DNA from: an uncultured virus (IMG/VR IMGVR_UViG_3300030109_002631)
Lineage: Duplodnaviria > Heunggongvirae > Uroviricota > Caudoviricetes
IMG/VR virus record: IMGVR_UViG_3300030109_002631
Span: 1 to 64,000 of that record
Length of the DNA stretch: 64,000 bases
Strand: one strand, 5' to 3'
A program made the translations under genes and the position numbers. This document shows, piece by piece, positions 39,928-47,014 of the stretch. Each line of letters opens with the position of its first letter. The first letter of the stretch is position 1. The notes below the pieces were generated by a model. It saw only the letters and a program-made list of their open reading frames with translations, was not told the DNA's origin and ran no database searches.

Positions 39928-39990
39928 TAAATTTATTATATATTATTTATTATTTATTTATTATTTATTTAATTATTATTTATTATTCAT
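39928..39990. repeat. A/T-only low-complexity tract (TTTA/TTAT repeats)
   Basis: ATAAATTTATTATATATTATTTATTATTTATTTATTATTTATTTAATTATTATTTATTAT. Confidence 0.8.
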
Positions 39991-40301
39991 TCATTAACTA
40001 CATGGTCAATATAACATTGATTACACAACCATCTATCTAATGTGTTATTCATGTCATCTATATCATAGACATCTTCACAGTAAGAACATGTAAAGCCTTC
40101 CTTGATAGATGCGCTACTAATAGATAGGGCATATACAGGTAATACCTGTTTCACACTGTCCCCCTTAGCAGGGGTAGCAGTGTTAGGGTTGGTCCATGTA
40201 TGGAGGTCATGGAAGGTTATACCTACACATACCTCACATCGGCCACCCTCCATGGTGGAGGGGGTCAATAGCTCGTTACAGAGTTCGCAGTTTTTGCTCA
40301 T
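39987..40301 (-). CDS. Small zinc-finger protein with four CxxC motifs
   Basis: CELC, CEVC, CSYC, CNQC; a TATA (TTTTATATG) lies ~25 nt upstream. Confidence 0.6.
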   Translation of the reverse strand: MSKNCELCNELLTPSTMEGGRCEVCVGITFHDLHTWTNPNTATPAKGDSVKQVLPVYALSISSASIKEGFTCSYCEDVYDIDDMNNTLDRWLCNQCYIDHVVNE

Positions 40302-40362
40302 AGGTGGCTATAGGGTAGGGCATATAAAATGCTCCTCCCCTCTATCTAAATCAATACAGACA

Positions 40363-40459
40363 TAGGTGAGAATGAGATTACGCGTGTAATGTCCACGTAG
40401 GTGAGTAATTATCCTAAGTGAGAAAGTATCTGTAGGTGAGTAACTAGCTAGGTGAGAAA
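40363..40459. repeat. Iteron-like direct repeats TARGTGAGWAW (5 copies, ~17-bp period)
   Basis: GTGAG cores at 40366, 40401, 40418, 40436 and 40452. Confidence 0.7.
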
Positions 40460-40664
40460 ACTCACTGTGACTATGAGGGGTAGGGTTATGACTAACCCCC
40501 CCCACCGTCCCTTTTTTGGCGGCACTGGGTTTGGCATCCCTAAGAAGTTTCCCGCCGTGAGAATGAGAAAATGTCGAGCAGGATTTTTTCCTTTATATAC
40601 CCCCTTCTCCAGACACCTAAAACCCCTCGAAAGCTTATATAGGGTGTTGCCTATGTATATATCA

Positions 40665-41003
40665 ATGGAAGCAAATCAAGCAAAACCGGATTTCTACATA
40701 TATGCCCTTGTGTCTACGAATGAAAATGTCAAAGGTGAAAATTCATTACGCGTGGACGTCGGGACTTTCGACGGACTCGGAGAGTCAATTGAATATATAG
40801 GAATCAGCCGAAACATGCCACAAAAAAGACTAAGTCAACACCATGCAAGCAAAAACAAAAATTTAGGAATGTTTGTTTTAGATTCTGAAATAAAATCAGA
40901 ATGGCATGCACTTAGAGACGAAGCAAAATATGTGAGCGACTACTTCGACCAATATGGCGAAGCACCAAAATTGCAGGGTGCTGCAAATTCAGGAAAATAC
41001 TAA
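40665..41003 (+). CDS. GIY-YIG superfamily nuclease-like protein, copy 1
   Basis: FYIYALV...YIGISRNMPQKRLSQH...ALRDEAKY; leaderless start 30 nt after TATA. Confidence 0.7.
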   Translation: MEANQAKPDFYIYALVSTNENVKGENSLRVDVGTFDGLGESIEYIGISRNMPQKRLSQHHASKNKNLGMFVLDSEIKSEWHALRDEAKYVSDYFDQYGEAPKLQGAANSGKY

Positions 41004-41016
41004 GGGGGTGAAATAA

Positions 41017-41175
41017 ATGAATACAAGCGAATTAATCCGAATGGGATTCGAAGAATCCGAAGAAGCTAATGATTTAGTAGAGGATATGTGCGAGTGCTGC
41101 AACGATGCAGCCCAAGCACACAGAGCCAGAGGATATAAAGTCTGTCTGGACTGTTTCCACGAATTGGGAGTATAA
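41017..41175 (+). CDS. Zinc-finger microprotein (52 aa)
   Basis: MNTSELIRMGFEE...CECC...CLDCFHELGV; GGGGTGA SD. Confidence 0.6.
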   Translation: MNTSELIRMGFEESEEANDLVEDMCECCNDAAQAHRARGYKVCLDCFHELGV

Positions 41176-41470
41176 ACTCCTAATTCAATCATTCGCCCTA
41201 AGCGGAGCCGAAAGGCTCCTTCTCTTATTGTTCCTTTTTGGATGGCACTGGGTTTGGCACCCTATATATGTAGCGCTCCGTGAGAATGAGAAAGTGAGAG
41301 AGCGCGCCTCCCTTTATATACCCCCCTCTAGCTCGGCGCCCCCCTTTATATACCCCTCTCTATCTCGCCCATCCTCACCCGTGGCCCGCTCCCCTTTATA
41401 TACCCCCTTCTATCTCAGCCTCTTTTTCAAAAAAAGCAAAAGCTTATATAGGCACACTCAATCTCTAATT

Positions 41471-41797
41471 ATGCCTAAATCAAACGACCAAAAGCATTTT
41501 TTCATATATGCACTTGTCCCTACCGGTAGAACAACAGATTACCATCATGTGGACATGGCATCATTTGATGATGTAGTAAGCAGTTCCGTATATTACGGAC
41601 TAACTCAAAATCCACAAAAGAGATTGAGTCAACACAGACCACGAAAAGGTTCCGACCTCGGTATGGTTGTGATAGATGAATGTGACCATCCATTATTAGC
41701 TTTAAAGCTTGAAGCTGATTATACATATGAACATTTTAAGAGAACTGGTGAAATCCCAAAACATCAAGGGATGGCAAACAGCGGGGTATACAGCTAA
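41471..41797 (+). CDS. GIY-YIG superfamily nuclease-like protein, copy 2
   Basis: FFIYALV...YYGLTQNPQKRLSQH...ALKLEADY...QGMANSG.Y, paralogous to 40665-41003. Confidence 0.7.
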   Translation: MPKSNDQKHFFIYALVPTGRTTDYHHVDMASFDDVVSSSVYYGLTQNPQKRLSQHRPRKGSDLGMVVIDECDHPLLALKLEADYTYEHFKRTGEIPKHQGMANSGVYS

Positions 41798-41846
41798 GCC
41801 CCAAAGCTTATAAAGGGGCACTCAATAGGTAAACAGAGGAAAAAAT

Positions 41847-42077
41847 ATGTCAAACAAAGAATACGAAACAATGAGCATGTGGCACACCTACAAGTCAAAC
41901 GGTGGTAGTGCAGACTTCGAGACCTTCTATGCACACAGCAGGAAGAATCAAGAATTATTGGTAAAGGTTGCACGGGGTAAAGCATTACTCCGTGGCGCTA
42001 AGCCAATCACAGTAGGACACGAAGACCTAAGATTCAACGGTGGAGATATCGAAATCGGATGGGGTGAAGATGAGTAA
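41847..42077 (+). CDS. Hypothetical early protein
   Basis: Own TATA at 41803 and GAGG SD. Confidence 0.65.
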   Translation: MSNKEYETMSMWHTYKSNGGSADFETFYAHSRKNQELLVKVARGKALLRGAKPITVGHEDLRFNGGDIEIGWGEDE

Positions 42078-42168
42078 ACATCCTTGGGCACATCTATCTT
42101 TAAAACAGATATATGCAAACACAAGAGCACTAAGAAGAATAAGAAAAGAAATGGAAGAACAATTATGA
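42070..42168 (+). CDS. Microprotein (32 aa)
   Basis: MSKHPWAHLSLKQIYANTRALRRIRKEMEEQL*; GGGGTGA SD; ATGA coupling to the next ORF. Confidence 0.5.
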   Translation: MSKHPWAHLSLKQIYANTRALRRIRKEMEEQL

Positions 42169-42317
42169 AAACAAAACGAAAAGATGGATACACAGTAATC
42201 CACAGTGGGCGGGATGCCCGCGGTGGTAAGTATTGGTTAGTCCATGACCCTGACACAGGTGGTAGTAAATACATCTGGAAGAGAGGTCATGTCTGGGCAG
42301 GATTCCAAAAGGTATAA
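42165..42317 (+). CDS. Microprotein (50 aa)
   Basis: MKTKRKDGYTVIHSGRDARGGKYWLVHD...; translationally coupled to the upstream ORF. Confidence 0.55.
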   Translation: MKTKRKDGYTVIHSGRDARGGKYWLVHDPDTGGSKYIWKRGHVWAGFQKV

Positions 42318-42473
42318 GGTAGAGGCCCCTATATAAAGGGGCTCCGCTCGTGTGGACGGCCCCAAAAAGTGCGAGCGGGATTAAGTCCTTTATATACCCC
42401 CTTATAGAAATTTGAGTCCCTCGACGAGAGAACCCACCCATAATAATATATGCTCCCCTACTATTGGTATATT

Positions 42474-42542
42474 ATGAGCAAATACAGCACATGGTTAACC
42501 AGCTATATGGTTAGCATATCATACGCAACAAGGAAACTGTAA
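42474..42542 (+). CDS. Possible leaderless 22-aa peptide preceding a structured RNA
   Basis: MSKYSTWLTSYMVSISYATRKL* at the same cassette position (TATATTATGAGCA) as the 43111 ORF. Confidence 0.35.
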   Translation: MSKYSTWLTSYMVSISYATRKL

Positions 42543-42554
42543 ACATACATTCCG

Positions 42555-42765
42555 TGAGTTAGTCAGACAGTAAGATGTGGCCCAAGGAGTAGGCGCACCC
42601 CAACGGAAAGGGGCATGTCACCAACTGAAAGAGGTTAATAGCCAAGTTGGTATTAAGTGACTAATAACAGAGGAGGTCTGACAAGTGAAGATACTATGGG
42701 CAACTGGTCCCCATACGAAGGCTCTGCATGACCCTACTCCTCAGGCTGGATTGACCACCAGCCGA
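42555..42765 (+). ncRNA. Candidate pseudoknotted ncRNA A
   Basis: AGGAGTAGG 42585/CCTACTCCT 42733 crossed by GTCAGAC 42562/GTCTGAC 42676; also CCCC/GGGG, GTCAC/GTGAC, CCAACT/AGTTGG, TATGGG/CCCATA and GGCTGG/CCAGCC; no ORF. Confidence 0.6.
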
Positions 42766-42799
42766 CAACCTTATATAGGCATGGCCTATTGTATATTTA

Positions 42800-42966
42800 A
42801 CGGGGTAGCTCCCTGTTATCGGGTATGGCCGAACAAGTCCGCCACGGACTAAGGCACAGGGTAAGCAAACCAAGAACCAACTGGTGGAGGGATGCTTAAC
42901 TGGTAACGCGTCTACTATGTAGTGGCATAACGCGTTTGGAGGTATACATTAAATCCTCCTACCCAC
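42800..42966 (+). ncRNA. Candidate ncRNA B with its own promoter
   Basis: TATA at 42771; ends pair GGGTAG 42803/CTACCC 42959; inner stems CCCTGT/ACAGGG, AGTCCG/CGGACT, AAGCA/TGCTT, AACGCGT/ACGCGTT and GGAGG/CCTCC. Confidence 0.65.
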
Positions 42967-43110
42967 CTTATATACCCCCCTTTCCACGCTTGTGGATTTC
43001 AAAAAGTGCGAGCGGGATTTTTTCCTTTATATACCCCAATATAGGATTTTAGGGTTCTCGACGATAGGGGCCACCGAAAGTGGTATAAGTTAGCTCCCCT
43101 ATACTATATT

Positions 43111-43236
43111 ATGAGCAGAAGCGAACCATTTGGCAGTTGCGAAGACTGTGGGCTTGATGAAGTCGAATTATTCGGCGGACTGTGTGAAGATTGTGACACA
43201 CAAATGTTTACTACATTCTGGACCGGTGAGGAATAA
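43111..43236 (+). CDS. Zinc-finger microprotein (41 aa)
   Basis: MSRSEPFGSCEDCGLDEVELFGGLCEDCDTQMF...; leaderless after TATA at ~43084. Confidence 0.6.
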   Translation: MSRSEPFGSCEDCGLDEVELFGGLCEDCDTQMFTTFWTGEE

Positions 43237-43464
43237 ATGTATTTAATAAAGAAGTATGCTGAAGCCCGAAGAGATGCACCGGCACTAAGCCGTGAGGCAA
43301 TTCGAGCAGAAGCAAATCTTGGCCTTCAATTAGAAAGTTTAATTTCAGCTTGGTCATCTTTAGCAAAAGATTCAAGAAATAAAAATGACTGGAACAACTT
43401 CGCTAAGTATGTATTAAATGAAATCGAAGCAATAGACAAAACAATAAAGGAGGTAAAGGCATGA
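43237..43464 (+). CDS. Hypothetical early protein
   Basis: 75 aa, GGTGAGG SD. Confidence 0.65.
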   Translation: MYLIKKYAEARRDAPALSREAIRAEANLGLQLESLISAWSSLAKDSRNKNDWNNFAKYVLNEIEAIDKTIKEVKA

Positions 43465-43595
43465 AATTCGAAATAGAAGTATCTGATGACGATTGGAAAC
43501 TAATGTTAAAGAATAGATACGGGCATGACAATGTTATAACCCGAAGCTATATGCTTGACATAGTGCACGACATCATCGACCAGATGCATGAGTAA
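43461..43595 (+). CDS. Microprotein, possibly ribbon-helix-helix-like (44 aa)
   Basis: MKFEIEVSDDDWKLMLKNRYG...; GGAGG SD; ATGA overlap. Confidence 0.5.
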   Translation: MKFEIEVSDDDWKLMLKNRYGHDNVITRSYMLDIVHDIIDQMHE

Positions 43596-43626
43596 ACTAT
43601 ATATACCCCCTCCCTATTGGTATACT

Positions 43627-43779
43627 ATGACAAGAAAACACTTCAGAGCAATAGCCAACATCTTAAAGATGCACAAAGCAAATGCAAATTTGATAATGGA
43701 CTTTGCCAACGAATGCGATAAACATAACGACTACTTTGACCTGCACAGGTTTCTAACTGCATCAGGTTATTACGATTAA
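43627..43779 (+). CDS. Small early protein (MTRKHF.AIA...N..FD..RFL.A family)
   Basis: Motif pattern I recognise from small phage early proteins; leaderless after TATA at 43598. Confidence 0.65.
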   Translation: MTRKHFRAIANILKMHKANANLIMDFANECDKHNDYFDLHRFLTASGYYD

Positions 43780-43891
43780 ATAGCTCGTTTGTTTCGGAAG
43801 AGCTGGCCCCTCTATAAAAGGGCCGCCTCGTTTTCCACCCGTGTGGCCCCTCGGACCACAACGCTTATATAGCCACACTCATTGGTATAGT

Positions 43892-44026
43892 ATGACTAAG
43901 ATACAAGACATAAGAAACGAGTTTCGTTTCAGGAGAGCACCACGCAGAACCATCACTAAGAATAAAGTTGACTCTGGCGTGTTAGACCAACTCAAAGCAA
44001 TCAAGTTGGGGTTGACCGATGAGTAA
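43892..44026 (+). CDS. Microprotein (44 aa)
   Basis: MTKIQDIRNEFRFRRAP...; leaderless after TATA at 43863. Confidence 0.6.
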   Translation: MTKIQDIRNEFRFRRAPRRTITKNKVDSGVLDQLKAIKLGLTDE

Positions 44027-44266
44027 AGACAAACAAACTCTGATTGATGAGTGGATAGAGATGCAGATAGACATGTATATAGAAGAGAAACACAACGGTG
44101 ACTAAATGAGTAAAGAAGACGCAACTGAGAGATATATACAATACCTTAAGAGAATCATGGAAGCTCACAGATGAAGAGCATCTTAGATATTCTTGATAAC
44201 ATGGAAGTAGAGTATTTCATACTCTGTGGATGTGAAGACGCTCCCTGCTGTGGTTGTAACGAGTAG
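44019..44266 (+). CDS. Three coupled microproteins (44019-44105, 44106-44174, 44171-44266); the last ends in CGCEDAPCCGCNE
   Basis: Read manually: MSKDKQTLIDEWIEMQIDMYIEEKHNGD*, MSKEDATERYIQYLKRIMEAHR* and MKSILDILDNMEVEYFILCGCEDAPCCGCNE*. Confidence 0.5.
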
Positions 44267-44332
44267 GGGGGCTGTCCCCACATGTGGACGAACTGAGGGC
44301 AAAGCTTATATAGGCACACTCTATGGTATAGT

Positions 44333-44650
44333 ATGACTAAAGGAACATGTGGTGCTATCACCAGAAAAGATTACGCAAAAGGCAGGGGTAAGAATCCCTG
44401 TGGCAAAACGGTATCAGTCGATGAGCCGTATGAAATATATAAGAACATCGCTTCAGGTTTTGAGTGGCGAGTATTGAAGAAATACCAAACACCTAAAAAG
44501 GAAGCTGAGAACTTTGAGAAAGCAAAAGCAGGTGCTGTCAATTACACCCGTTGGTTCTGCGCTGTCAAGTCACCTATGACTTATGACTCGTGGGAATACG
44601 GAGATGTATACGCACAGGACATTGTGACATACGGGGAAAGAGTTAAATAG
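44333..44650 (+). CDS. Conserved-looking early protein (FEWRVLKKYQ...RWFCAVKSP.T..SWEYGDVY)
   Basis: 105 aa, leaderless after TATA at 44301. Confidence 0.75.
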   Translation: MTKGTCGAITRKDYAKGRGKNPCGKTVSVDEPYEIYKNIASGFEWRVLKKYQTPKKEAENFEKAKAGAVNYTRWFCAVKSPMTYDSWEYGDVYAQDIVTYGERVK

Positions 44651-44669
44651 GCTTCCCCCTATGTAGTAT

Positions 44670-45031
44670 TACAGTTAAGCATATGCATAACACGTGACCA
44701 GAGTAGTAAGACAAGAATAGACCATACGCCAGTAACGACACACCACAACCAAATTAGCTGAACCATCCCTCAACGGTTATCTTAAGAGAGAGTTGGCCAT
44801 TAACTGATTCGACATGATTGCATCACTAATCCCTGTTGTAGAGTTTCGTCGTGAAGCTATGACGCAATTCTCTTCATCTCACTATGACTCCATCTCCTGA
44901 CCGTTCGCGGTTTGACTTGGAGCTGGTCACACCCTAATCGGTAACCTCTGTTCGTTAACAACACGTTACTGTGTGGCGACCGCTCCCAATGTGACTTGTT
45001 TCAAAGTATATACCACATTGGTGAAGTCGCA
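44670..45031 (+). ncRNA. Candidate large pseudoknotted ncRNA C (~360 nt) with its own promoter
   Basis: TATA at 44642; GTGACCAG 44694/CTGGTCAC 44923 crossed by CAGTAACG 44730/CGTTACTG 44964 and CAGTTAA 44672/TTAACTG 44800; 3' GCGAC/GTCGC enclosing CCAATGTG/CACATTGG; no ORF. Confidence 0.62.
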
Positions 45032-45168
45032 TCTATCCACGCTTGTGGAAAATTTTCAATTTTTTTCTGCGGAACAGAGGCTCTTTATATACTACCCTCT
45101 ACAAAAAACACTACGTCGTCGTGAGAACCCACCGCAAACTATAAGAGGCGCTCCAACTATGTAGTAAT

Positions 45169-45399
45169 ATGGTAACAGAGACTAAGAGTGGATTGCCTTG
45201 GCAGTCCCGAAATGAAACTGTCGACTACTTTGTTGAAGTCGGCACGACTCCGTATGGTAAATACGGTTTATACAAAGAAATGATTCCAGTCGGAGCTGGT
45301 AAGAGAGGACGTCATATGGAAATGGCAACTGAGATTCAGTTATCAAATCCTGAAGTCTTTAATAACTTAAAGCTTAGACAAATCGTTAGCAGGGGTTAA
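45169..45399 (+). CDS. Hypothetical early protein
   Basis: 76 aa, leaderless after TATA at ~45139. Confidence 0.65.
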   Translation: MVTETKSGLPWQSRNETVDYFVEVGTTPYGKYGLYKEMIPVGAGKRGRHMEMATEIQLSNPEVFNNLKLRQIVSRG

Positions 45400-45429
45400 G
45401 CTTAAATAGGCTTACCCCTCTGGGTATCT

Positions 45430-45768
45430 ATGACTAAGAAAGAAGTAATGGACTACCTATGGGCCCCTAAGTCAGAAGGTATTGTTTCTGGTATGCTTGA
45501 CCATCTCGGTTTTACCGGTGTCGGCAAATCAGGACGATATCCTACTGGTGTAAAGTATGATGCATTGGTTGCACTAAGTGAAGCCGTCTTATCAGATGAA
45601 AAGATGGCATCAATGGTTGCATCTCGCACTCATGATTTACAAGGAGCTCGTAAGAGTAGAAAGTCCACAGTAAAAGCCAACCCCGATTCAATTGTTAGAG
45701 CACTACAAGCTGGAACTATTTCAGAAGCAGAGCTTAAAACAGCGATGAAGAAAGCTGGTATACTGTAG
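45430..45768 (+). CDS. Hypothetical early protein
   Basis: 112 aa, leaderless after TATA at 45398. Confidence 0.7.
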   Translation: MTKKEVMDYLWAPKSEGIVSGMLDHLGFTGVGKSGRYPTGVKYDALVALSEAVLSDEKMASMVASRTHDLQGARKSRKSTVKANPDSIVRALQAGTISEAELKTAMKKAGIL

Positions 45769-45848
45769 AAGTAAACGCTGAACACAGCGGTTAACAAGCA
45801 AACACGTAGGCGGGGCGATTCCCCGCCGGTATTACCTTTATTTACAGT

Positions 45849-45863
45849 NNNNNNNNNNNNNNN
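45849..45863. other. Assembly gap (N run)
   Basis: 15 N bases. Confidence 0.99.
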
Positions 45864-46457
45864 ATTGACGCCCCTTGACTTCCGTTATCGAATGCAAAAA
45901 CATCGAGGAAGGAATGCTTTACCACCGGTGGTATATAAGTCAGGGGCTCATCTTATTTTTCCACAGGAGAGGACGGCCTCAGTTCAGGCTCTATTAGTCT
46001 CTCATTTTATTTTTTTTTCTCAGCTTAGCTCGATAGCGCTTAGTGAGAATGTTCTCAGTTGGTGCACCGCTCTGTCGGGGTGAGAAACGGCGTAGTCGGA
46101 CCGCCGTAGTGAGAAACTTCTCAGTTGAGCATCAGGTGAGAGTGCTCAATGGAGCTCATCGTCGGTATATTGAGCTGAGTAATTTGCTTTTTAGAGCTTT
46201 TTACTAAAAAATTTTCTCTTTTCGTGTGAACAGAGCAAAATACCATAAACACAGTTCACCTCTATATTAATATGGCTCTATAAAGATAAGCTCTACTATG
46301 CACTTTACACTAAGCTCTTAGTTCAATATTGCATAATAGAGCTATATCTTAATATAGTAAATATAGTATACACTACCCTCAGTATAAAAAGCTTTGGTCT
46401 CAGCTTATATACAACACCCACCGAAACGCTTAAATAGCGCTTCTACTCTGTGATAGC

Positions 46458-46670
46458 ATGACTAAAATCGACGCACTCGCTGATGTGCTTAAACAGCTAT
46501 CCGCCAGACAGCTACAACAACTTACCGTAGCTACCCCGAACCGAGACGGTTCTCAAATCAAGGCTCGTAAGATACGTGCAACTGAGACCTATTTCAGGAA
46601 CGTAAGAAACAATGGATTATATCCACATAACTTCGACTCCTTTGCTCAGTTCAGAGAGGTGTTACCTTGA
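46458..46670 (+). CDS. Hypothetical protein
   Basis: Leaderless after TATA at 46430. Confidence 0.65.
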   Translation: MTKIDALADVLKQLSARQLQQLTVATPNRDGSQIKARKIRATETYFRNVRNNGLYPHNFDSFAQFREVLP

Positions 46671-47014
46671 TTGACGCAGTAGGTAAGTTCAATAACTATA
46701 TGACTCAGCACACAGACAGGTTACCTCTGTTGAGTGTTCAGTCAGTTGACGATAAACGCTTCATTGAGTTGAGACAATTCTTAGCTCATATCTACGGAGA
46801 CGTAGAAGACAATGCATGGGATGTATCAACCCATCTGTCAAAACTCTTTTCGAGTCTCAGTTCAATGGAGCAAAATGATATTAACACAATCACTAATACT
46901 TTTAAGAAGTATGAAGTGAAAGGAGAGTCAGGTGGTATAACAGGTGAGAGGACATATGGATATGACCGAAGCCGTGTTGACCGTAAACTGATAAGAAGAA
47001 GGAGACCGAACTGA
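46667..47014 (+). CDS. Hypothetical protein
   Basis: TTG start overlapping the upstream stop, GAGGTG SD. Confidence 0.6.
   Translation: MIDAVGKFNNYMTQHTDRLPLLSVQSVDDKRFIELRQFLAHIYGDVEDNAWDVSTHLSKLFSSLSSMEQNDINTITNTFKKYEVKGESGGITGERTYGYDRSRVDRKLIRRRRPN

Larger units (their letters stand above)
40630..46437 (+). promoter_or_regulatory. Array of related early BRE-TATA promoters (consensus AAAGCTTATATAG) driving mostly leaderless genes
   Basis: Copies at ~40630, 41439, 41803, 42444, 42771, 43084, 43598, 43863, 44301, 44642, 45139, 45398 and 46424; ATG usually 27-30 nt after the TATA start. Confidence 0.8.

Noticed and set aside
40452..41470. Extended N-termini of ORFs 40452-41003 and 41105-41797 in the ORF track
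   Set aside because: The extensions run through promoter repeats; homology between the two proteins starts at the ATGs at 40665 and 41471 right after the TATA boxes
45849..45863. Treating the two sides of the N run as certainly contiguous
   Set aside because: It is a scaffold gap of uncertain size; shared promoter and GTGAG motifs support one genome, but adjacency is unverified
40300..46200. Possible CRISPR or mini-array in the repeat-rich region
   Set aside because: Repeats are degenerate, irregularly spaced and flank genes; no constant 25-40-bp repeat with unique spacers
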